From Eledone cirrhosa (taxonomy: Eukaryota): a stretch of DNA of 64,000 bases. A program made the position numbers and the translations under genes. The stretch is from positions 90,582,001 to 90,646,000 of the forward strand of contig OZ024744.1 of NCBI GenBank assembly GCA_964016885.1, read 5' to 3'. This document shows positions 38,560-49,982 of this stretch, in pieces. Position 1 is the stretch's first letter, and every line of letters starts with the position of its first letter. The notes under the pieces were generated by a model that was not told where the DNA came from, did not search any database, and worked only from the letters and a program-made list of their open reading frames with translations.

Positions 38560-41500
38560 ATCATCATGATCATCACCGTTTTGCATCCATTCTTCCACGC
38601 TAGCATCGGTTTGACAAGTTGTCCTGTTGTGGGCAATGCTAGGTCAGGTGACCATGTCTTGCTCATATGGGAACTGATATTTGGCTTGGTTTCTACATCT
38701 GGATGCCCTTCCTAACATCAACCACAGTTACAGTGAGTACTGGGTGCTTTTTACCATGGTGCCTACATGACCACTTTACAGTGTGGACTGGGTGATTTTT
38801 GTTGTGACACCTACATGACCACTTTACAATGGGAAAGGGGTGAAGGTATACTGTCTATATGCTTCAGCTTCGGCTTGTACCCGTGGGAAGTTGGGTCTTC
38901 TGTATTATTGTGTAACGCAAGAGGTCATTGGCTTTGAGAGGTGCAATTGGGAAAGATTTTATCACCTCATTCCAAGTCTTCTTGGGTCTCCCCACTCCAA
39001 GGCTTCCATCAACTTTTAGTACTCTGCACCTTTTTATGCAGCTGTCATCCTTCATATGCATCACATGTCCACACCAACACAATCTCCTCTCCTGCACACA
39101 GCATTTGATTCCTCTTATTCTCGTCTCTCTCTCAATTCGTTTATGCTTTGCCGTTCGCGTATATTACTATTACACATCCATCAGAGCATGCAAGCTTCGT
39201 TTCTTTCCAATCTACGCAAGTCTTCTACACACAACACCCAGGTCTCACTACCATGTAATATTGGTGTTTGTATGCACACATCATACAGTCTGCCTTTCAT
39301 TTTGAGGGAAAAGCCTTTTACAGCTAGCAGTGGTAGTAGCTCCCTGAACTTCTTCCATCCCATTCTTACCATGGCTACTGTACTTTCCGAACACCCACCT
39401 CCACTGCTAATTCGGTCATCTAGGTAGCAAAAGCTGTCTACTGTTTCTACAGGGTCCTCCCAGAGTTTGGTGGTGCTTGTTTCCTGTTGCCGTTTGCTGC
39501 TTACTGTCCTGGTGCAACTGCTATATGTAAATCCTACATTCTTAACTAAACTTCCTGAGATCTCACTACATTTCTTGTGTACCCATGGTTTGCATTTGAG
39601 GCAGAGGATGAAGTTCCTACCTACACCTTTCCTACACACTGAACAAGGTAATTTTCCTGAGGGGGATGTGGGTTCTGTTTTCTCGTCTACTGACAAGAAC
39701 CTTAGTCTTTGTCAAGTTGACTTTGAGATCCTTTCTTTCTAGTCCCTGCTTCCATGTTTGGAATTTCTTCTCTAGTTCCATCATAGATTCAGCTATAAGT
39801 GTAAGATCATCCGCATACAGAAGTTCCCATGGGCATCCAGTCTTAAACTCCTCCGTTATAGCCTGCAATACTATAATAAACAAGAGAGGGCTAAGAACAG
39901 AGTTCTGGTGGACACCGACCTATATGCTGAATTCCTTGCTATAGTAATTGTTAACCTTAACTTTGTTGACTGTTTCCCTATATATGGCTTGTACAACCTT
40001 CACAAGCTATTCATCTACTCCTAGTTTTCTAAGAGCTCACCAGATTATAGAATGGGGGACTCTGTTGAAGGCTTTTTCTAGATCGACAAATGCCAAGTAG
40101 AGCAGCTTAGTTTTAGTTAGGTTCTTTTCCTGTAACTGTCTCACAAGGAAGAAAGTATCAGTGGTGCTTTTGCCTGGCACAAACCCAAACTGTATCTCAT
40201 CTAGATTTACCCGGCCCCTAATCAGCTGTGCTATAACTCTTTCCGTTACTTTCATGACCTGGTCCATTAGCTTTATACCTCTATAGTTTCCTCTATCTAG
40301 TGCATCTCCTTTACCCTTGTAGCAGTTGACAATGAAGTTGCTGCACCAATCCTTTGGTATGACGCCCTCTAGTATTACCCGGTTAACAATACGTGTGGTT
40401 ATGGTGTGACCTTATGTGGATATATGTGTGTATGTATATGTGTATATATATATGTGGATATATGTGTGTATATATATGTGTGTATATATGTGGTCGATGC
40501 GCTTATACTTCTATGTAAGAGTGTATATGGATGTACATATACATGTGCACATGTAATTTTATGTGTCAGTGCATATATGTATATTTGTATGTGTATGTAG
40601 GAGTCAATCAAGGCCAAAAAACAAAGTTTGGAAAGTATGGCGGATGGGGGAAGTAGAGAACACTATCAAGTGGCCAGGAGGGAAGCTAGGAGACAAGTGT
40701 ACCGTGCAAGAAGGAAAGCAGAGGAAAGAAAATTCAAGCATGTTCTACAACGCGAGGACCAAAAACATTAGGTGTTCAGGATTGCAAGACAATGTGTCAA
40801 GGAAAACCGTGATATTGTCGAGGCGAAGTGTGTCCGTAATGATGATGGTGTACTTGCCATCACTGACGCTGATAAGAAGGTAGCTTGGAAGTGTCACTTC
40901 GAGAGGCTACTAAATGAGGAGAATAAGTGGGACAAAGATAGTCTGCCTCAAATTGATCCAATAGAGGGACCAGCAGTGCAAGTTGAAGGTAGTATAATAA
41001 GTAAGGGCGATCAAAGATATGAAGACAGGCAAAGCAGCTGGGCCTTCGGTGATAGTTGCTGAAATGCTGAAAGCATCTAGATCGGTGGGACACACTATGG
41101 TCTCCTGGATAGTAAACCAAGTCATACAGAATGGGGTCATACCAAATGACGGCCGTAGCAGCATCATCATTAACTGCTACAAGGGTAAAGGAGATGCCCT
41201 AGATAGGGGAAACTATAGAGGCATTAAATTAATTGACCAGGTCATGAAGGTCACAGAAAAAGTTATAGCACAACTAATTAGAGAGCAAATTGATCTAGAT
41301 GAAATGCAGTTTGGGTTTGTGTCAGGTAAAAGTACCACATACGCTCTTTTCCTTGTACGACAACTACAGGAGGAGTACCTAGCTAAAAGTACATTCAGAA
41401 TACCTACCCACCGCTGCTAATTCAGTCACATAGGAAGCAAAAGCTGTCTATTGATTCTACAGAACCCTCCCAGAATTTGGTAGTGCTTGTTTTTTTTGGT

Positions 41501-41650
41501 CGTTTGCTGCTTACTGTTCCGGTGCAACTACTACATGTAAAGTTTACATTCTTAGCTAAACTTCCCGAGATCCCACTACATTCCTTGTGTACCCATAGTT
41601 TGTATTTGGGGCAGAGGATAGAATTTCTACCTATACCTTTCCTACAGAGC
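38560..41650. mobile_element. RTE LINE pieces: 38560-40400 (-), 40600-41390 (+), 41390-41650 (-)
   Basis: LLYADD, CYKGKGDALDRGNYRGIKL, QFGFV.GKSTT. Confidence 0.88.
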
Positions 41651-42370
41651 TGACAAAGATGGAGGAATTGGGAGTAGTGTATGGAGAGTTTGGTAGTGGG
41701 AATCAGTGGGCGAAGATGGTGGTAGAGAATGTGGTCAATAGACAGAGAGATGTTAAGAAAATTGATAGAAGATTTGGAGACAGACGTAAAGAAGATGACG
41801 GCAGGATGAAAAGAAAGAAGTCAAGCTGTTCATGGGAGAGAGGGAGGTGGTGCCAATACAATCGTCGATGTAATGACTGTATAGCTCGGGGGTTGGACCA
41901 GTGTACTGGATGAAAATGTTGGCATAGTTAGGGCCCATTCTTGGATCCATGGCCACTCCAAATACCTCTGGGTAAAACTCTCCTGAAAAGGAAAAACCAT
42001 TAAGAGTAAGAATAAGCTCAGCAAGATGGGGAAGAGTAGCAGTGCTAGGATAAGGGGTGGGGCGTAAATCTTAAAAAATGTTGGAGAGCGTGGTGGCCAT
42101 CATCATGAGGGATAACGGCGTAAAGAGAGTTGATATCCATGGTAAAGAGAAAATGAGTGGGGCCAGAAAAGGAGAAGGAATCAAATAGTTGAAGGGCATG
42201 ATTAGTGTTGTGGATGTGGTAGGGGAGGTCAGTTACTAGGGGGATGAGTAAGGTATCAAGAAATTAGGAGATAATTTCGGTAGGGCAATTAGAGGCTGAA
42301 ACGCTAGGGCGGCCAGGATTAACAGGCTTGTGTATCTTGGGGAGGAAATAGATGGTGGAAGTACGAGGGG
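41650..42370 (-). mobile_element. Penelope-like element RT fragment
   Basis: YFLPKIHKP.NPGRP, FTMDINSLY..IPH..G, AM..RMGPNYANIF, YIDD. Confidence 0.85.
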
Positions 42371-42389
42371 TATATATTATACTATAAGA

Positions 42390-45010
42390 TATCATCATCG
42401 TTTAATGTCTATCTTCCACGCTAGCATGGGTTAGACGAGAATTGTCCCACTTTAGACAAGGTTGGTCGGGTGACCGTGTCTCGCTCGTATAGGACTATCT
42501 GCAGGTTTTCTACAGCTGGATGTCCTTCGAAACACCAACCACATTTACAGTGTGGACTGGGAGCCTTTTTACCATGTTACCTACATAAAAACATTACAGT
42601 GTAGACTGTATGTTTTTTTGTTGTGACACCTACATGATCTCATTAGTTTGGACTGGATATTGTGGTACCAACATAACTTTACAGAGAAAAGGGGGGTGTT
42701 GGTGGGAGTGGGAGGATGGAGTAGGGGTAGTGGGTTGGGGTGTATGTTTGGGTTGGATGGGCCTACTGACTCTAAGTTAACTTTGCACGTAGGGAACGCG
42801 GGTCTTCTGTATTACTGTGTGGCACCCAAAGATCTCAATCCAGTGACATTGTCTTAGAGAGGTGCAACGTTAGATTTTATCATGTCGTCCCAGGTTTTTT
42901 CTGGGTCTACCTACTTTTTTATACAGCTGTCGTCTTTCATGCGCATCATATGACCATACCAACATAATCTTCTCTGAAGTAAACAGCATCTGATCCCTCT
43001 TATTCCTAATTGCTCACTTAGTTCATTTATGTTTTACCGTTCGTGTAAATTACTATTACACATCTCACTGCCATGCAACATTGCTGTTCATATACAAGCA
43101 TAATACAATCTGCCTTTCATAATTAGAGAGAAACCTTTTGTGGGAAACAGCGGTATAAGCTCTCTGAACTTTTTCCATCTCATTCTAACTCTGGCTACTG
43201 TACATTCAGGACTCCCTCCACCCCTGCTGATTTTGTCACTCAGGTAATGGAAAGTGTCCACTATTTCTATAGAACCATCTGGGCAGTAGAAGGAGCTAGT
43301 ATCCTATGGGCACTTGCTACTTATTGCACCTGAGCATCGGCCACATATAAAATGTACGTTCTTAGATAGCTTGCCTGTGATCCTACTACATCATTTATGT
43401 ACCCATAGTTTGCATTTGGGACATAGAATGGAATTTCTACCTACTCCTTTCCTACACACTGAGCATGGCTATTTCCCAGAGGGCATGTGTACCCTATTTT
43501 CCTTTCTACATACTAGAACTTTAGTTTTAGAGAAGCTGACTCTAAGGCCTTTTGATTCAAGGCTATGCTTTCCTGTTTGGAATTTCTTCACTAGTTCAGC
43601 CATAGATTCAGCTATGAGAGTTAGAACATCTGCATATAGAAGTTCCCATGGGCAGCCGGTCTTAAACTCCTCTGTTATAGACTGAAGAGCAATAATAAAC
43701 AGGAGGAGGCTAAGGACAGAGCCTTGATGAACACCAACTTTTACGCTAAATTCTTCACTATATTCGTTGTTAATTCTAACCTTGCTGGCGGTTTCTTATA
43801 CATGGCTTGTATAGCTCTCACAAGCCATTAATCGACTCCTAGTTTTCTAAAAGCCCACCAAATTACTCTGTCAAAAGCTTTCTCCAAGTCAACAAAAGCT
43901 AAGTAGAGGGGTTTACTTTTAGCTTAGTACTTCTCCTGTAATTGCCATACAAGGGAAAGAGCATCTGTGATACTTTTACCTGACACAATTCCAAACTGCA
44001 TTTCATCTAGACCAATTCGATCTCTGATTAGTTGTGTTATAACTCTTTCTGTGACCTTCTTGACCTGGTCAACTAACCTAATGCCTCTATAGTTTTCCCC
44101 TATCTAGAGCATCTCCTTTACCCTTGTAGCAGTTAATGATGCTGCTGCTACACCAGTTCTTTGGTATGACCCCATTCTGTATTACTTGGTTTACTATCCG
44201 GGTGACCATAGTATATCCCACCATTCCAAATATTTTCAACATCTGAGCAACTATCTCCGAAGGCCCAACAGCATTGCCTGTCTTCATATCTTTGATTGCT
44301 TTACTTATTATACTACCATTAACTTGCACAGCTGGTCCCTCTATTGGATCGATTTGAGGCAGACTATCTTTTTCCCATTTATTCTCCTCATTTAGTAGTC
44401 TCTTGTAGTGACACTTCCAAGCTACCTTCTCATCAGCATCAATGATGGCAAGTACACCATCATCATTACGGACACACTTCTCCCTGACAATATCACGGTT
44501 TTCCTTGCATTGTCTTGCAATCCTGAACACCTAATGTTTTTGGTCCTCGCGTTGTAGAACATGCTTGAATTTTCTTTCCTCTGCTTCCCTTCTTGCAAAG
44601 TATACTTGTCTCCTAGCTTCTTTCCTGGCCACTTGATAGTGTTCTCAACTTCCCCCATCCTGCCATACTTTCTAAGCCTGCTATTGGCTTTGATTGTCTC
44701 CTCCACCACAAAATTACTCTCCTCCTGCCTATAGGTCTGCTCCAGTCACAGATTTCATCTGTCACCTTCAGCAGATTAACTTTCAAGAAATCCCACTGTT
44801 CCTCTATATTGTACTCTCTAATTGCTCTTCCTTACTGTCAAAAGCATCAAGTAATATGCTTTTAAATTTGTTACTGGCTGTGGGGGTCCTTCAACTTCCA
44901 TATTCTTCTCCTCAAAGTAGTCCTCCTCTGTCATTGAGTCCTAACTATGAGGTTACTATTAAGCTATGTAGGGAGGTGCATTCTTCACGGGGACTTAGTG
45001 TTTACAACAT
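42390..45010 (-). mobile_element. RTE LINE, 5'-truncated and decayed
   Basis: RT motifs as in other copies and a (TGA)n tail. Confidence 0.88.
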
Positions 45011-45071
45011 ACACTCTGTCATGGCTTCTAGTAAGGATATAAACTATCTATCTATCTATATATATATATAT

Positions 45072-45495
45072 GAAGGCACATGTCTTAGTGGTTAGAGCAT
45101 TAGGCTTGCAATCGAAAGGTTGTGAGTTCAATTCTCGGACCGGATGATGTGTTGTTTCCTTGAGCAAGACACTTTATTTCCCATTGCTCCAGTTTACTCA
45201 GCTGTAGAAATGAGATGATAGGACTGGGGTCCCTATCATTCCACTGCAAAGTGGTCGTGGAGGTGCCACGGCAAAAAAAGCACCCAGCCCACACTGTAAA
45301 GTGGGTGTGTAGGCGCCACGGAAAAAAAAGCACCCAGCACTCACTGTAAATGAGGTTGGTGTTAGGAAGCGAATCCAGCTGTAGAAATCAAGCCAGAATC
45401 AGTTCCCGTATGAGCAAGAGGTCAGACAACTGGATGCTGCCCACAACAGGACAAGTCCCACCCTTGTAAGCAGGGAAAAGCGGACGTAAAATGAG
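45072..45495 (+). mobile_element. CORE-like tRNA SINE with RTE tail
   Basis: Close to 1082-1421 with one extra ~57-bp module. Confidence 0.85.
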
Positions 45496-46090
45496 GAAAA
45501 AAAAAAAAATCTGTTCCACAACAAATTAGCAAACCATACTAGAGAACGTTGTGCGTTTCACTGAACGTATTTTTAACTGCAGTGAGAACAGAAGTGTATA
45601 TGAGCTGACTGGATTCTGCACAATAGAAAGTGATAGTTTGGTGACAAGGGATACAACTCAAATTATACTAATGCAGGGGAGACAATTTTCGTTTGCGTTA
45701 GTTCTTTGTGGGGGTAAGATTTATGGTTATCCCGGGCCTTACCATAAAAGCAGGTCTTCGAGAAATCATGGGAATATTGCCAAAGGTATATTCTTGTTTT
45801 GTTGAAAAGGCATATAGCCGCGTTCCTCTTCTTGCTGCTCTAATGTCTCTATACGAATGCCTGAGTATTTGTGTTAGGGTAAATGGTGCTAAATCGAAAC
45901 CATTCAATGTGGGAGTTGGACTCTGCCAAGTGTGCGTACTGTCACTTCAGGGCGGTGGATTGGCACTATTATTGGAGGGCCGGACGCCATGCTTTGCGGC
46001 ATAGAGTTACGGCCCTTTATGATCTGAGTTTAAATTCCGCCGAAGTTAACTTTGCCTTGTATCCTTACGGGGTCAATAAAGTAAATTACC

Positions 46091-46345
46091 AGTACGTTCG
46101 TCCAGGTACTCGCATTGTAACCGATGACTGGCAGTCATACAATGCTCCCTCGAAACTTGTTTTTTGTAACCATCGTTACAACTTTGTGGACCCCAACGAC
46201 CCCCACAATCCACATAAACCGTGTGGAAAGCAGCTAGGGGTTTTGCAAAGTCAAATTCCGTGCCATGAGAGGAACAAACGAGGCACTTTTCGGCACTCAC
46301 CTTCAGGAGTTCCTTTGGCGCCGTGCTATTCAAGAAAACATCTTC
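46091..46345 (+). pseudogene. Merlin/IS1595-family (ISXO2-like) DDE transposase C-terminal fragment
   Basis: YVRPGTRIVTDDWQSYN...NHRYNFVDP, then after frameshifts HINRVES..KFRAMRG..HLQEFLWRR. Preceded by a SINE fragment at 45950-46092. Confidence 0.8.
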
Positions 46346-46672
46346 AGCAATATTCTATATTGGATACATTATTATGATGTATAATAGACACTTTTCAATA
46401 TTATAATTTATATTTCTTATTTATTTTTCTTAAAATTATTTTTAAAAAATAATTTAACGCGTGAAAGTTCAATTATTTATTGATAGGAAAACTCACAAAT
46501 GCAAACAAATATGATTAAAAGCGAGAGAAAAAACCCCAAAAAACTAGCAATCGTATAACCGTTAACAAGAACCGCCCTCCGGGTGGTGGTCGTCGTCGTG
46601 ATATACCGGAAGTTGAAATTTGAAATTTTTAAAAGTGAATCTTAAAATAAGCATTATTTGTTCAAAGTAATA

Positions 46673-46858
46673 GGGCGGTGAATTGGCAGTATCGGTAGAG
46701 GGTTGGACGCCATGCTTTGACGCATAGAGTTACGGCCCTTGCCATTCTGAGTTCAAATCCCGCCGAGGTTAACTTTGCCTTTCATCCTTATGGGGTCGAT
46801 AAAATAAAGTACCAGTAATGTACTGGATAATTGCTGGCCTTGTGCCAAAAGTAGAAAC
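46673..46858 (+). mobile_element. Meta-like SINE with 19-bp TSD
   Basis: attatttgttcaaagtaat on both sides. Confidence 0.9.
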
Positions 46859-47116
46859 AATTATTTGTTCAAAGTAATCCAACGTATTTTACTAACGGGG
46901 TAAACAAAAAAAAAAAAAAAAAAAATGAACGTTATTTTTCCTGGAACGCACTTAATGGAGGGAAGAAATGTAAACAATAATTTTGTATGTTAGCCATTAG
47001 TGGTGAAAATGACTTGTTTTCTACATTGATAACCATGACTATGAAAATATAAATGATTAAATCCAATTTATTTGATAACCATGACTTGTTTTCTAATTAA
47101 CTTAAATTTGTTTTCT

Positions 47117-47178
47117 AATTTGGCCCTTTTAAGGGCCACCTATATTTTCATTTAAGTAACTCCACTTACATCGATATG
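47117..47178 (+). repeat. Left inverted repeat of the caspase module, with histone-type stem-loop GGCCCT-TTTA-AGGGCC-ACC
   Basis: 47117-47166 is the reverse complement of 52485-52535 (about 3 differences). 47147-47178 also matches 52628-52660 and 52690-52705 inverted. Confidence 0.9.
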
Positions 47179-47242
47179 TTTAAAAAAAAAAAATAAATAA
47201 AAAACCGTTCAACAGTTTTTTCTTTACGCGTGGTAGTAACAA

Positions 47243-47262
47243 GGAAGTAAACGATGACGTCA
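47243..47262 (+). promoter_or_regulatory. Putative caspase promoter motifs: ETS-like GGAAGT and full CRE TGACGTCA
   Basis: Motifs 64-83 bp upstream of the ATG, which has an acaATGG Kozak context. Function is inferred. Confidence 0.4.
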
Positions 47263-47325
47263 CCTTCGCCTGCTTTCACGTCTGGTAGCAACCATAACGT
47301 AATGTAAGTTGACAAATTACCAACA

Positions 47326-48168
47326 ATGGATTACACAGATGCACTACCTATTGCAGGTATATATTTTAATGAGAGAGACATTAACCTACCTACCCCATGT
47401 AAAAAGCCAGTTGAAGGAAGTATCAGTTATGATATGGATCCCAATAAAAAGAACCTGGCTTTAATAATCAACAATGAAAAATTCCACATTTCGACTGGTC
47501 TGCTTTATCGTCAGGGATCTGACAAAGATCAATCGATCATGAAAACAGTATTGAGCTCATTACATTTTAATATAATTACCCGAAAGAATTTATCAAAGAA
47601 ACGAACTATACAAATCTTTGAAGATATAGCTTCGATGGATCACAGAAACAATAACTGCTTCGTTTGTATTATATTGAGTCACGGGGAAGAAGATAACCAG
47701 ATATGGTGCACAGATAATAAGGTAAAACTTGACAGTTTAGTTGAAATGTTACTTCCTGATCGATGTCCGTCTTTAAAAGGTAAACCTAAACTATTTTTCA
47801 TACAAGCCTGTCGAGGATCGAAACTGGATAGTGGTGCACTGCTTCACGATGCTGAAGTTAGTCAATGGAGTAAATATGAAAATATCAAATCTTACAATAT
47901 ACCTCAATGGGCAGACGTACTTATAGCTCAATCTACTGTCCCCGGATTTTTCTCCTGGAGAAATGAAACTACTGGATCCTGGTTTATACAATCGCTAGCC
48001 AAAGTTCTGCGTAAAGACGGAAGTCAACATGAACTGCAAAGACTAATGATTTCAGTAAATCGTATGGTAGCCTATGAATATCAGTCTAATAATGTGGATT
48101 TGTATGGAATGAAACAGGTTCCATATATAGCGAACATGTTAACAAAAGAATTATACTTTTACAAGTAA
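47326..48168 (+). CDS. Intronless effector caspase (caspase-3/7-like, peptidase C14A), 280 aa, intact
   Basis: ALIINN, R-x-GSDKD, catalytic SHG and QACRG, PQWADVL, SWRN..GSWFIQ, KQVP...MLTKELYF. Short prodomain, no internal stops. Confidence 0.95.
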   Translation: MDYTDALPIAGIYFNERDINLPTPCKKPVEGSISYDMDPNKKNLALIINNEKFHISTGLLYRQGSDKDQSIMKTVLSSLHFNIITRKNLSKKRTIQIFEDIASMDHRNNNCFVCIILSHGEEDNQIWCTDNKVKLDSLVEMLLPDRCPSLKGKPKLFFIQACRGSKLDSGALLHDAEVSQWSKYENIKSYNIPQWADVLIAQSTVPGFFSWRNETTGSWFIQSLAKVLRKDGSQHELQRLMISVNRMVAYEYQSNNVDLYGMKQVPYIANMLTKELYFYK

Positions 48169-48304
48169 GTGACAATTTTATTTTTATTTTGGCGATATCC
48201 AATTTTAGCGGCCTAAATGCTGTTTACTTCAATGTATGAGGCTATTCCAACAAATTTACATTCCCTTTTTTTAGCCGTTAAAAGAAATATAGATTTATTT
48301 ATTG

Positions 48305-49793
48305 GTTTTTTTTTTTGCGATTTATTTGCCACTGGGGCATAGATTTCTTTATTTGCCACGTTTTTGTTTGTTTGTTTGTTTGGTTTTTTGCGATTTATTT
48401 GCCACTGGGGCATAGATTTCTTTATTTGCCACGTTTTTGTTTGTTTGTTTGTTTGGTTTTTTGCGATTTATTTGCCACTGGGGCATAGATTTCTTTATTT
48501 GCCACGTTTTTGTTTGTTTGTTTGTTTGGTTTTTTGCGATTTATTTGCCACTGGGGCATAGATTTCTTTATTTGCCACGTTTTTGTTTGTTTGTTTGTTT
48601 GGTTTTTTGCGATTTATTTGCCACTGGGGCATAGATTTCTTTATTTGCCACGTTTTTGTTTGTTTGTTTGTTTGGTTTTTTGCGATTTATTTGCCACTGG
48701 GGCATAGATTTCTTTATTTGCCACGTTTTTGTTTGTTTGTTTGTTTGGTTTTTTGCGATTTATTTGCCACTGGGGCATAGATTTCTTTATTTGCCACGTT
48801 TTTGTTTGTTTGTTTGTTTGGTTTTTTGCGATTTATTTGCCACTGGGGCATATATTTCTTTATTTGCCACGTTTTTGTTTGTTTGTTTGTTTGGTTTTTT
48901 GCGATTTATTTGCCACTGGGGCATAGATTTCTTTATTTGCCACGTTTTTGTTTGTTTGTTTGTTTGGTTTTTTGCGATTTATTTGCCACTGGGGCATAGA
49001 TTTCTTTATTTGCCACGTTTTTGTTTGTTTGTTTGTTTGGTTTTTTGCGATTTATTTGCCACTGGGGCATAGATTTCTTTATTTGCCACGTTTTTGTTTG
49101 TTTGTTTGTTTGGTTTTTTGCGATTTATTTGCCACTGGGGCATAGATTTCTTTATTTGCCACGTTTTTGTTTGTTTGTTTGTTTGGTTTTTTGCGATTTA
49201 TTTGCCACTGGGGCATAGATTTCTTTATTTGCCACGTTTTTGTTTGTTTGTTTGTTTGGTTTTTTGCGATTTATTTGCCACTGGGGCATAGATTTCTTTA
49301 TTTGCCACGTTTTTGTTTGTTTGTTTGTTTGGTTTTTTGCGATTTATTTGCCACTGGGGCATAGATTTCTTTATTTGCCACGTTTTTGTTTGTTTGTTTG
49401 TTTGGTTTTTTGCGATTTATTTGCCACTGGGGCATAGATTTCTTTATTTGCCACGTTTTTGTTTGTTTGTTTGTTTGGTTTTTTGCGATTTATTTGCCAC
49501 TGGGGCATAGATTTCTTTATTTGCCACGTTTTTGTTTGTTTGTTTGTTTGGTTTTTTGCGATTTATTTGCCACTGGGGCATAGATTTCTTTATTTGCCAC
49601 GTTTTTGTTTGTTTGTTTGTTTGGTTTTTTGCGATTTATTTGCCACTGGGGCATAGATTTCTTTATTTGCCACGTTTTTGTTTGTTTGTTTGTTTGGTTT
49701 TTTGCGATTTATTTGCCACTGGGGCATAGATTTCTTTATTTGCCACGTTTTTGTTTGTTTGTTTGTTTGGTTTTTTTGCGATTTATTTGCCAC
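48305..49793. repeat. 73-bp tandem array, ~20 nearly identical copies
   Basis: Unit tttgccactggggcatagatttctttatttgccacgtttttgtttgtttgtttgtttggttttttgcgattta. ORF-track starts recur every 73 bp. Confidence 0.97.
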
Positions 49794-49982
49794 TAGAACA
49801 TTAGGCGGGGGAATTTTTTTACAAAAATCAAGTACAAACATTTAACGAGTGATTAAAAAGGAATATAAAAAATTAAGTCCTCAATAGAGAGGCAGCCTTT
49901 TGGGGTCAGACACACCCCCGTAGAAAGTGTGCGACCTTTCTGCCAGGGAGCACAGAGAGAGGGGGGTGCTCCCTTCTCTTAC

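Noticed and set aside
48163-48171. GTAAGT splice donor overlapping the caspase stop (and another at ~47304)
   Set aside because: The ORF already has a complete caspase C-terminus and a good ATG context, so splicing is not required, although it cannot be excluded without RNA data.
48364-49841. Series of 65-aa ORFs
   Set aside because: Artefacts of translating the 73-bp tandem array (TTG starts every 73 bp).
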